A stretch of 64,000 bases of DNA, taken from contig OY762064.1 of assembly GCA_963665145.1 (NCBI GenBank), forward strand, positions 1,480,479 through 1,544,478, given 5' to 3'. The stretch is from Gammaproteobacteria bacterium (GTDB lineage: Bacteria; Pseudomonadota; Gammaproteobacteria; Steroidobacterales; Foliamicaceae). The first letter of the stretch is position 1; each line of letters starts with the position of its first letter. The notes beneath the pieces were generated by a model that did not search any database, was not told where the DNA came from, and saw nothing but the letters and a program-made list of their open reading frames with translations. Below are positions 23,125 through 32,050 of this stretch, in pieces. The translations under genes were made by a program, and so were the position numbers.

Positions 23125-24303
23125 TCAATTTTCGAGCCCGGCCAGGACCAGGTTGGGCAGCGTGGAAGTGAGCCAGTCGGGATGGAAATAGCCCAGGCGC
23201 AGGATCACGAGCTCCTCATCCGGTATGACATACATGGTCCGGAAGCCGCCGCCTTCCAGGAAGAAGACTCCATCTGCTTCGATCGGCGGCCCATGGGGAG
23301 CGGACTGTTCCCTGTCCTGCACGTACAGCCGGATTCCGCCCGGGGGATTGCCCGCCCAGATCTGGTAGCCGTAATTCGGATAGATGGCCGATCCGGTGGT
23401 CATCTCCTCCACCCAGCCGGCAGGCCAGAGCTGACGCCCCGATACACGGCCATCCGAGGCCAGTGCGTCGCCGTAGCGCAGCCAGTCTCTTGGAGTGGCG
23501 CGGTAGCAGCAATAGACCGCCGGCATGCCGCCGGGCCGGTCCATGTAGAGCTGTGCCGGACCTGCGCCAAGAGGCGCCCAGAGCCTGCTGTTGAAGTAGT
23601 CTTCGTAAGCCTCGCCGGTCGCGCTTTCCAGCACTGCTCCCACGAGCTGGGCATTGGCGTTGGAGAAAGCGAAGAACTCGCCCGGCACGTTCTCAAGATC
23701 GAAGTCCAATGCCGCCGCGCGAAAATCGGAGCCCAGTGATATCCGGGCGTTCTTGCTGTATGGATCCGGGTCTCCGGCCAGCGGCGGGTTCTCCAACCCG
23801 CTGAGATTCCGCAGCAACTGGCGCACCGTGATCCCGCCGCGCGCATCGTCGCGCCATTCGGGAAGATAGCTGCCAACCGGATCGTCAAGCGATTCGATCG
23901 CCCCTTCCTGAATCGCGATTGCGACCAGCGGGGACAGCAGCGACCGGGTCATCGCGCGGCCGGTGAACAGCGAGTCGGGCCCGATGTCCTGCCAGTACTG
24001 CTCGATCTGCACTACCCTCCGGTGCAGCACCAGCAGCGCGACGCTGTGATGTTCCTCCGCCCAGGCCGCCGCCGCATCCAGAGCGCCGGCGTTAATCGTG
24101 AGCTCCCCCGTTCCAGCGACCGGAAAAAACTCCCGCGGACTACCCGGAACCTCGACTACCGGCTGGTAATAGCTCGCCGGCCACTCTCCGGGATCTTCCG
24201 GCAGCGTATTCCAGCGATACCAGAAACGCCAATCCACCAGCAGAGCCGCCGCCACCACAACGATGGCTGCGGCAATGCTGAGGGCACGGGCTACCCGGCG
24301 CAC
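23125..24303 (-). CDS. Beta-lactamase-family serine hydrolase homolog lacking the SxxK motif
   Basis: Co-linear with the N-terminal half of the 1222 protein, but A-M-T-R replaces S-L-H-K (Ala 23953-55, Arg 23944-46). Confidence 0.78.
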   Translation of the reverse strand: MRRVARALSIAAAIVVVAAALLVDWRFWYRWNTLPEDPGEWPASYYQPVVEVPGSPREFFPVAGTGELTINAGALDAAAAWAEEHHSVALLVLHRRVVQIEQYWQDIGPDSLFTGRAMTRSLLSPLVAIAIQEGAIESLDDPVGSYLPEWRDDARGGITVRQLLRNLSGLENPPLAGDPDPYSKNARISLGSDFRAAALDFDLENVPGEFFAFSNANAQLVGAVLESATGEAYEDYFNSRLWAPLGAGPAQLYMDRPGGMPAVYCCYRATPRDWLRYGDALASDGRVSGRQLWPAGWVEEMTTGSAIYPNYGYQIWAGNPPGGIRLYVQDREQSAPHGPPIEADGVFFLEGGGFRTMYVIPDEELVILRLGYFHPDWLTSTLPNLVLAGLEN

Positions 24304-24331
24304 AGCGATACTCTCTCAAGCGCTGGCAAGA

Positions 24332-25246
24332 TCAAGGAAGAGGGGCTTGGCGCACAGCCTCAGCGAATCGCCGCAATTCCGCATTAAAACGCTCAGGCTG
24401 CTCGACAAACACCGAATGCCCGGCTCCTTCGTACAGGGAGAGGCTCATGTTGTCATAGCCGGCGGCGAGCTGGGCCCCGTCGTCAAGCAGTAGCGGGTTG
24501 TCCTCCTGTCCCAGGCAAAACAGCACCGGCAATGAGATTTGCTCGACCAGGTCCTGGTTGTCGAGTTGGCGCTGCATCATGGCGCGCCGGACATAGGCAG
24601 GCAACATCAGGCCGATCGCCTGAAACAACTGCCTCTCGCGCTCGGGCAGGGGCGACGCCGTCAGCAGAGGAATCACCCGTTCGCCGGCGCGGATATAGTC
24701 AATCAAGTCCGGACTCTGCTGCAGTTCGCGGATACGCGCAAACTCCGCAGCGCCCGGATCGTCGTCCGTCGGCATCCGAAAAGGCTTCAGGGCGCCCTGA
24801 CCGCCGGTCAAAATGATCCCGGTGATGCCGTTGACGCCGAACTCGCGGAAATAATCCATCGCCACCAGCGTGCCGTAGGACCAGGCGACCACCACCGGCC
24901 GTTCAATATCGGTGGCCGCGATCACGGCGGCGACATCCCGAGCCCACACTTCGGACCCGCTGTACGCCTCCGTGGCCCAGGGCTTGCCGGACGCCCCATG
25001 GCCCCGCAGGTCGAAAGCCACGAGGAAGTAATCATCAGCAAGATCGGAGTCGAGCTGGTGAAAGAAACTGTAATGGCTTTGACCGAAGCCGTGGATCAGC
25101 AGTATCGCTGGATTGGCCGGGTCTCCGGCCGTGACCACGTTCAGGGGCACGCCGCCGGCGCCCTCCACGGTTTGAAATTCCCAGTCCGCCAGGCAATGCT
25201 GAGCAAACGCGAGCGCAGCCAGCGCCATGAATCTTCGCAAAATCAT
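24332..25246 (-). CDS. Secreted alpha/beta hydrolase (esterase / non-heme haloperoxidase-like)
   Basis: Signal peptide; ILLIHGFG; FDLRGHGAS; elbow AWSYG; GAGHSVF. Confidence 0.85.
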   Translation of the reverse strand: MILRRFMALAALAFAQHCLADWEFQTVEGAGGVPLNVVTAGDPANPAILLIHGFGQSHYSFFHQLDSDLADDYFLVAFDLRGHGASGKPWATEAYSGSEVWARDVAAVIAATDIERPVVVAWSYGTLVAMDYFREFGVNGITGIILTGGQGALKPFRMPTDDDPGAAEFARIRELQQSPDLIDYIRAGERVIPLLTASPLPERERQLFQAIGLMLPAYVRRAMMQRQLDNQDLVEQISLPVLFCLGQEDNPLLLDDGAQLAAGYDNMSLSLYEGAGHSVFVEQPERFNAELRRFAEAVRQAPLP

Positions 25247-25357
25247 TAGTCGTCCTCTTCACATCCCGGATTCACCGACCGCAACTCGGCCAGGAAGCAT
25301 TCAGGATAGTCGCCCGGGCCGAACAGGTGGCCGAGCCGATGGCGAACCTGGTGGGTA

Positions 25358-27760
25358 CTAAAAACTCGCGGCCAAGGTCACGCCAAAGGTGCGCGGCTCG
25401 GGCAGCGTCAGCTGGTAGCCCAGCGTACCCGTCAGGAAACTGCCCGTGGTGCGCTGCGATGAAAGCACGGAGTCGTCATCGGTCACGTTTTCGACCCAGA
25501 AGGTAACGCTGTAGCGATCGTTGCGCCAGCCACCGCGAAGATTGTGCAGCATCGCCTCCTCTGTCTTGGCAAGGTTGATCACCCAGGTCCAGGTTGACGA
25601 TTGATACCAGGCATCCCAGCGGGCGAACCACTCGCCGTCGCCAGTCCAGATGTTCTCGGCGGGCATATTGAAGTCCAGAGCAAGTGTCGCGGCATGATCG
25701 GGCGAGCGGGCCACCTCCAGGCCACTTGCATCAGCGCTGCCATAGACCCGTCTGTTCTGGTTATCCTGATAAACCTTGATGTCGCTGCTGTTGTGGTTGT
25801 AGGACGCGGTGCCGCGCCAGTTCTCGCTGAACGCCCAGCTTCCCGCCAGCTCAAACCCCCAGATGTCGGTGCTGCCGTTACTGTCGTAATCGACCTGTGC
25901 GCCGAGCCGGTCCGACCCCTGAATGAAACGGCCGTCACCATTGCTGTCCACGTCTCGGGTGAAACCCCTAAAGCGCTGGTTTTGCCATTGCATGAAATAG
26001 ACCGCCCCGTTCAGGTAGCCTCTGCCGCCGGCGAGGGTGTGCTTGCCGCCGAACTCGAAGGAGTCAAGCTCGGCCTGCAGGACTTCGTAGCCGATTCCTT
26101 CCGCCGCGTTGAACGCCGGAAACGCAATCGTCGGCTCCAACTGGATGACCTCGGGATTGAAGCCGCCCGGATTGTTGCCCTTCGAATAGCTTGCATAAAG
26201 CAGGGTGTTGTCAGTGAACTTGTAGTCCACGATGATCCGCGGCAGCTCCGCCTCGAAATCGGCGGCCAGGTCGACCTCAGCCCCGCCGAAGGGCTGCGCC
26301 GTACCGATGGGATCGTTCGGATCGAGCGGCATGGCCTCCTGAATCACGGAGGACGCGTTCGCAAGCGCTTCCTCTTCATACCGGAACTCCAGGCTGACGG
26401 AAAGTTGCTCGGTAATGTCATAAGCCACGCTGCCGAATATCGCCTGGTTTTCGACGTTCTGGGCGATGACTGGAGTGGGCGAGAAAAGGCCGCGGCCGCC
26501 TCTTCCGCTAATCGCGCCGACCGTCGGGTCGAAGCAGAAGGGCCCACCACCGGGACAGGGGAAGGCGGTTAAACCCTCCTGGCCGTACGTCAGGTCGAGA
26601 TAGTAGGCGCCCACCATCCAGCGCAGCCTTTTGTCCTGGGGCGAGGTCAGGCGCAGTTCCTGAGACCACGACTCGTCCTTCCATCCCACGTAGACCTGAA
26701 GTTCGTCCGTGAGGAGTTCGCGCAATTCTGCCGTGTCCTCGCGGTACTGACCCGTCACTGAGCTCAGCGTGTAGCCGCCGATGTCCCAGTCAATATTCAG
26801 GCTGGTGAGTTCGGTAGTGCGATCAAGTCCCATGTTGTCCTTGTAGACCGTATCCTCCACAGGCGACGTGTCGATGGCGATGCCGTTGGAGATCAGGTCA
26901 CGGCTCAGCGTTCCGCAGTAGTAATTGCTGGTCCCCATAACACCGTTGGTGGTGAAGGGTCCGCAATTGTTGTTCTCACCCTTGACCAGAAACTGAACGG
27001 CCAACCCGTCGTCGTCCTCGGTTCGCACATGACGCAGCTTGATGGAGAGATCTTCCGTCGGCGTGGCGTAGAGAGTCACGCTGCCGGCGTTCGTCTGCTG
27101 GGAGCCCAGATCACCGCCGGTGGGGTGCTCGTTTTTCCAGGCCCCGTCGTAGGTGTAAAACCTGCCGGACGCCCGGAAGTACAGTCGGTCCTCAACGATC
27201 GGACCTTCGGCGCTGACCCACACGTCCGCGCGGCCGCTGTCGCCGAGGATCAGGTTGATGTCGCCGCCAAAGTCATCGCCCGGCGTCCTGCTGATGAAAT
27301 TGATCGCACCGCCGAAGGTAGCCCGGCCGAAGAAGGCGCTTTGCGGGCCTTTCACGACCTCCACGCGCTCGATGTCGTTCATGGACAGCCACTGGCTGGT
27401 TCCCGGCAGATAGACGCCATCCACAAAAGCGGACGATGTCTGCGAGCTGCGAACGCTCGAGGGGGGGTCGATGGCGCGGAACCGGATCGCCGGATTGTTG
27501 CGGTTACCGGTGTGGTTGCTCATGTGCACGCCCGGAACGAACTGCAGCATGTCTTCGACATCCGTGATCTGCTGCTCCCTGAGCTGCTCAGAGCTGAAAG
27601 CCGCGACGCTCAGCGGGATGTCCTGAATCGACTCGTCGCGCTTGCGCGCCGTCACCACGATTTCCTCAAGAGCCAGGTCTTGCGCCATGACTGCCATATC
27701 GGCAACTAGCAAACTCAGTACGGCACCACTCAGCAAAAGACGATTGTGCAGACTATGCAT
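25358..27760 (-). CDS. TonB-dependent receptor
   Basis: RBS GGGAGG; LEEIVVTARKRDESIQDIPLS; ERVEVVKGPQSAFFGR; C-terminal WVENVTD...GVTLAASF. Confidence 0.92.
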   Translation of the reverse strand: MHSLHNRLLLSGAVLSLLVADMAVMAQDLALEEIVVTARKRDESIQDIPLSVAAFSSEQLREQQITDVEDMLQFVPGVHMSNHTGNRNNPAIRFRAIDPPSSVRSSQTSSAFVDGVYLPGTSQWLSMNDIERVEVVKGPQSAFFGRATFGGAINFISRTPGDDFGGDINLILGDSGRADVWVSAEGPIVEDRLYFRASGRFYTYDGAWKNEHPTGGDLGSQQTNAGSVTLYATPTEDLSIKLRHVRTEDDDGLAVQFLVKGENNNCGPFTTNGVMGTSNYYCGTLSRDLISNGIAIDTSPVEDTVYKDNMGLDRTTELTSLNIDWDIGGYTLSSVTGQYREDTAELRELLTDELQVYVGWKDESWSQELRLTSPQDKRLRWMVGAYYLDLTYGQEGLTAFPCPGGGPFCFDPTVGAISGRGGRGLFSPTPVIAQNVENQAIFGSVAYDITEQLSVSLEFRYEEEALANASSVIQEAMPLDPNDPIGTAQPFGGAEVDLAADFEAELPRIIVDYKFTDNTLLYASYSKGNNPGGFNPEVIQLEPTIAFPAFNAAEGIGYEVLQAELDSFEFGGKHTLAGGRGYLNGAVYFMQWQNQRFRGFTRDVDSNGDGRFIQGSDRLGAQVDYDSNGSTDIWGFELAGSWAFSENWRGTASYNHNSSDIKVYQDNQNRRVYGSADASGLEVARSPDHAATLALDFNMPAENIWTGDGEWFARWDAWYQSSTWTWVINLAKTEEAMLHNLRGGWRNDRYSVTFWVENVTDDDSVLSSQRTTGSFLTGTLGYQLTLPEPRTFGVTLAASF

Positions 27761-27855
27761 GGTTTTTCCTCCCAATTAGTCCTGATCACGCTGCGTCAAC
27801 GGCAATTGTTGCTGAATAAGCATCGCTTTATTTATGGCTCTTAGCCACGATTTGC

Positions 27856-27884
27856 ATTCTAGGCAATGAATTGAACAACTGCAA
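27856..27884 (-). promoter_or_regulatory. Sigma70-type promoter TTGCAG-N17-TAGAAT for the TBDR
   Basis: Located in an AT-rich intergenic patch with exact 17-nt spacing, about 95 nt upstream of ATG 27760. Confidence 0.55.
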
Positions 27885-27948
27885 ATAACCATAAAGTTCA
27901 AACAGTCGGCTGTACGCTTTCCTTGCCGGGTTCAGCGGCCTTTGATGC

Positions 27949-28854
27949 CTATTCCTGCCGCTCGCTTTCCATTTCGTCCATGTACTCCTGTATTTCGTCC
28001 CTGGGATCCTCCCAGTTGTCGATATCGAAGATTTCCGGTGTTTGTGCTTCGAGATTGGCCCGGTAGGCCGCCGGAATCTGATCGAAACTGTCGATCTTGG
28101 CGCCGTATGCGCGCCCCCAGGTGCGCCCGGGACGTTGGCCCATGTTGTGCCAGGGCTGCCAGCTCACCAGGTTCTGGAACTGAGTGTGAGTGTGCACGCT
28201 CGGCCTTGAGCGATCCGCCAGCTCTCTAAGGCTGGCGAAGTGCACATAGTGGGAATCCCAATACATGATTTCGCCGGAGGACTTCTCGGGCCACTCGTCC
28301 GGCTGGAAAGGATTGCGATGGCTGATGTTCATCTCCGTGGCCAGCATCACGGTGTCGCCGAACACCTCGATGTTGAGAAGTTTGGTGGTTGCTTCTCGCT
28401 CCGGCGGCAGCACCAGTCCGTTCGGGCCGTATTCCGCCTTTAGCGGACCGCCCAAAAACGGCAGCACCTCGATAACCTGGCCCGTCACGGGATTGGTCCA
28501 GGTCTCAAGCAGCTCAGACGAATCGAACCTGGTATAGGCGCCGGACTCGTAGACCCTCACGTCATAGTTCCCGTTCGCCATCGGCCGCCATTTGCTGACA
28601 TTGAGATTGGACATGGTCATCCAGGGCTCGATATTTCCTCGATGGTGGTAGGCGTAGATATGGAGGCGGAAGAACGAGTACACGGTTTCCTCTGCCGTCG
28701 AGCCGACTACCGAGGCAATAATGCGGCCCCTTTCTGCAGGATCATCCAGGTCCAGGCCGGGGATTGCACCCCTCGCGGCTGCCGGCGGCCAGGCGACGGC
28801 TGTGCCCAGGGCGCCGAGAATTGCGCTGCGCCGGCTAAAGGCAAATGGGTTTAT
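27949..28854 (-). CDS. DUF1838-like protein with Tat signal (paralog 3); probable ATA start
   Basis: The frame is open upstream of GTG 28683 and encodes FSRRSAILGALG...PGLDLDDP. AGGAG lies 9 nt before ATA 28854. Also NPVTG and WQPWHNMGQRPG. Confidence 0.68.
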   Translation of the reverse strand: MNPFAFSRRSAILGALGTAVAWPPAAARGAIPGLDLDDPAERGRIIASVVGSTAEETVYSFFRLHIYAYHHRGNIEPWMTMSNLNVSKWRPMANGNYDVRVYESGAYTRFDSSELLETWTNPVTGQVIEVLPFLGGPLKAEYGPNGLVLPPEREATTKLLNIEVFGDTVMLATEMNISHRNPFQPDEWPEKSSGEIMYWDSHYVHFASLRELADRSRPSVHTHTQFQNLVSWQPWHNMGQRPGRTWGRAYGAKIDSFDQIPAAYRANLEAQTPEIFDIDNWEDPRDEIQEYMDEMESERQE

Positions 28855-28893
28855 GGATTTTCTCTCCTGGCAGGCTTTTGCGGAAGGTCAGGA

Positions 28894-30063
28894 TTACCAG
28901 TTCCGCCTGCTGGTGAAATGGCGCGACGCGTCCGCAGCGTCCACGGGCTGATAGGACGCCTGCGAATTGGGGCCGTCGCGCGGCACATACCGCTCGTAGA
29001 CTGGCCGCAGCATCTCCATCGGAACGCCGGGCGGAATGGAACGTGAGCGGCGGAATGCCGCCATCGGGATGCTTGTCCGCACGAACTCCTCGTGCACCGA
29101 CCGGGCGCGCGCCGCGATCGTTCCGCGCGGATCGAAGATGGCCGTGTCGCCTGAACCCGAGAACTCCGGAAAGCCCGGTTGCTCCGGCGAGACGGACTGG
29201 TTGCAGACGACGCTCCAGAGCCGGTTGTGCCGCGCGATGGTCTGGGCCCCGGTAAGACTGTAGCCCCCCGAGGACGAGCTCAGGCGGATTTCCAGACCCT
29301 TCATGGCGAGCGCGCGGATCACGTCCGGCTGGCTGGGCGTGATCGAGCAGGAAATATTGCCGATTTCGGTGCGCGCCACCTGTAGCACGGCATCCTCGCC
29401 GTACATCTCGCGGTAGCGATCGAGCACATCGTAGATCCCGGTCGTAAAGATGTCCCAGCCGGGAATGAAACCGCGAATATTGTTGGTCTTCCAGTGATTG
29501 GCGACCACGTTGCCCTCGGGGCCGATCAGCACGCCGTTGAGCAACAGGTGGCCCGGCCAGTCCGGGTCTTTCGCATAGGTGCCGAACGTGATGTAGCAGC
29601 CGTATTCCTTCGCTTTCTTTCCCAGCGCCTCGGTTTCCGGTCCCGGTATTTCGATGGCCACGCGCAGCACTTCTTCGCGGGTCCATGGATTCCAGCCCAT
29701 GATCGGCTGCTCGTGGAAGCACACCAGGTCCTGCGGGCCCCCAAAACCATTCGCCTGGTCTATCAGTTCGAGCATGTGGTCGAGATTCGCCTTCATCTCG
29801 GGTTCGGGATTCGCCGTGTCGCGAACCGCGCGCATGATGGACTGCACGGCAGTCACGCGCAGCGTGTCCTTGCGCAGCGGCACGCGCTCGTAGTTGCCGT
29901 CCGCGGCCACGCTGACGGCTCCGCCGCCGCCTGCCGCCGCGTCTTCAGCCCTTGCAGCCCCGCTTCCCAATGCCAGCGCCACCGCGCCGGCCGAACCGGC
30001 CGTCAATATCTCGCGGCGGCGTGGAGATTCCGGAGAATCGTTCCTGTCGAGCTTGTTACCCAT
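28894..30063 (-). CDS. Nitrilase-fold carbon-nitrogen hydrolase homolog with Tat signal
   Basis: PRRREIL signal; LRVTAVQS; CFHEQP (Glu); HWKTN (Lys); RALAMKGLEI; GSGDTAIFDPRG. Confidence 0.75.
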   Translation of the reverse strand: MGNKLDRNDSPESPRRREILTAGSAGAVALALGSGAARAEDAAAGGGGAVSVAADGNYERVPLRKDTLRVTAVQSIMRAVRDTANPEPEMKANLDHMLELIDQANGFGGPQDLVCFHEQPIMGWNPWTREEVLRVAIEIPGPETEALGKKAKEYGCYITFGTYAKDPDWPGHLLLNGVLIGPEGNVVANHWKTNNIRGFIPGWDIFTTGIYDVLDRYREMYGEDAVLQVARTEIGNISCSITPSQPDVIRALAMKGLEIRLSSSSGGYSLTGAQTIARHNRLWSVVCNQSVSPEQPGFPEFSGSGDTAIFDPRGTIAARARSVHEEFVRTSIPMAAFRRSRSIPPGVPMEMLRPVYERYVPRDGPNSQASYQPVDAADASRHFTSRRNW

Positions 30064-30066
30064 GGT

Positions 30067-31074
30067 TTACTCCCTTTCGTTGAATTCGCTTAAAGGACCG
30101 ATCTTGCGGTCCAGAAATTCCTTGACCGCACGTCCTGTGGCTTCCGGCATCGAGATATGCAGAAAGTGCCCGCCGCCTTCGAAGATGATCTTCTCTGTGC
30201 TCTCGGCGTTCTTCATCGCATCCGCGAAGAGCTGGGCGGTTTCGGGCGATAGCGCCCTGCTCGCGCCGCCCCACATCACCAGCGCCGGCGCACGAACCCG
30301 GGCGAGCACGCGCTCTGGATTGCCGCGTTCGTACATCTGCCAGGCAATGAACCCTTCACGGTCGCGGCCGATCATGTTCCAGTAGTCGGTCTTTCGCCGG
30401 ATCAGCTCCTCGGTGATGTTGCTGTCGTCGTTTACCGACAGGCGAAGGTTCGCAGCCATCTCCTCGGTCGTAAACCTTTTCGGCACAAACACGGCCGACG
30501 TATTGCGCACCCGCTCCATTGTCCCCCCGCGACCGCCATATTCGATGCCGGCCGAGTTCTGCAGCACCAGGGCGGTCACGCGATCCGTGCGGGTGCCGGC
30601 GTACCGGAACGCCACCAGTCCGCCATAGGATGTTCCGGCGATCGCGAAACGATCGATTCCCAGGTGGTCCATCAGGCTGTCCACCAGCGTCAGGAACCGG
30701 TCGATAGAGTAGTTGCCGCTCGGCACCGGGCCCGTCAGGCCGAATGCCGGCAGATCGAAGCGCACGACCCGGTAGTCGTCGCCGAGGATTTCCACCCAGC
30801 CGTCGTAATCCTTGAGATCGCCCGTCGAACTGTGCATCAGCAGGACCGTGGGACCCGATCCCTGGTCCTTGTAATGGACCCGAATACCGTCATTTCCTTC
30901 GAGCACGACGAATCTGGAGTCCTCGTCCGCATACCTGGCCACGATCTCCTCATAAGTGATCGTGCCGGCCGACTCGGGTTCGGCAGCGGCCCAGGATGAC
31001 CGGGCGAATGGCGCCAGCGCGCCAAGGGCCGCAAAACAGACCAGCAGCACGGGCCAGTTGAAACGCGGCCTCAT
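30067..31074 (-). CDS. Alpha/beta hydrolase with signal or anchor; paralog of 6022-7014
   Basis: DSRFVVL, GPTVLLMHSS, FDLPAFGLTG, GTSYGG, GGHFLH. Confidence 0.85.
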   Translation of the reverse strand: MRPRFNWPVLLVCFAALGALAPFARSSWAAAEPESAGTITYEEIVARYADEDSRFVVLEGNDGIRVHYKDQGSGPTVLLMHSSTGDLKDYDGWVEILGDDYRVVRFDLPAFGLTGPVPSGNYSIDRFLTLVDSLMDHLGIDRFAIAGTSYGGLVAFRYAGTRTDRVTALVLQNSAGIEYGGRGGTMERVRNTSAVFVPKRFTTEEMAANLRLSVNDDSNITEELIRRKTDYWNMIGRDREGFIAWQMYERGNPERVLARVRAPALVMWGGASRALSPETAQLFADAMKNAESTEKIIFEGGGHFLHISMPEATGRAVKEFLDRKIGPLSEFNERE

Positions 31075-31078
31075 GCCG

Positions 31079-31924
31079 TTAGCCTTCCAGCGCGCCCGCG
31101 GGGTCCTCGTAGATTTCCGGGTGCCGGGTCCTGATGAGTTCCTCAAGTCGCTGCGGCATGGCATCGAACGACGAAACCTTGCGCCCGAAACCGCGGGAGA
31201 CGTAGTCGCCGGGCCGATCGCCCATCCCCATCCAGGGCAGGTAGCTCAAGATATCGTTGAAGTGCCAGGTGGCGGGCGCATTCAGGACCTGGGGATTGGC
31301 CACGTCCTCAAGCAAGCCGTGATAGGTGCTCCAGTCGTTGCCCCGAAATGGCCGGCCGGCCTCGGGCGTCTCCGGTTCCATGCGGAATATGGCGTCGTCC
31401 CGAACCCATACGTCGTCCCCCTCGATCACCGCGGGACCCAGAGGATGGATGCGAATGCTCCTGAAGCCTTCCCCGGCCGGCCGCTCCTTCGGGGACTCAT
31501 CGATGCTGCGCACTTGCGTCGCCGGGCGGGCGGGGAAATAGCTGACCTCGTCCTCCTGGCCCGTAAACGGGTTTTTGAATGTTTCCAGGAATTCGCCGGT
31601 TTTCAGATCCGTGTAATAGACCATGCTGATGGCCGTCGTCTCGTAGGCTCCCTGGTCGTCGAAATCCCGCGTCTTGAGAACCGCGCCCACATGAACGTTC
31701 CACAACGGCGTGGAGATCTTGTCGATCACGGCCATCCTCAGCAGCTGCGCCCACCAATAGACAAGACTGTCGTCCATCGTGTGCGCCAGCTTGCGGGTGA
31801 TCATGAGCGTGTGGTGCGGATTGGATGGATCCAGATCCAGCATCTGCGCGCGCGCTGCCGGGACCCTCACCAGCGGCGCGGCGGCGGCAGCGCCGATAAG
31901 GCCCAAGGCCGTTCTGCGTTTCAT
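31079..31924 (-). CDS. DUF1838-like protein with Tat signal (paralog 4)
   Basis: MKRRTALG; LDLDPSNP; NPFTG; YLPWMGMGDRPG; HPEIYEDP. Confidence 0.7.
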   Translation of the reverse strand: MKRRTALGLIGAAAAAPLVRVPAARAQMLDLDPSNPHHTLMITRKLAHTMDDSLVYWWAQLLRMAVIDKISTPLWNVHVGAVLKTRDFDDQGAYETTAISMVYYTDLKTGEFLETFKNPFTGQEDEVSYFPARPATQVRSIDESPKERPAGEGFRSIRIHPLGPAVIEGDDVWVRDDAIFRMEPETPEAGRPFRGNDWSTYHGLLEDVANPQVLNAPATWHFNDILSYLPWMGMGDRPGDYVSRGFGRKVSSFDAMPQRLEELIRTRHPEIYEDPAGALEG

Positions 31925-32050
31925 TTCTTCTCTCCCAATTTGCCGATAGCCAATGTCGATGAACACGTGAGCATCACGCAGTCACCTCCAGACCCCCGTG
32001 CATCCTATACCGAATCAAGCGTCCCCACCCCAGACGCCAGCCTCCATTTG

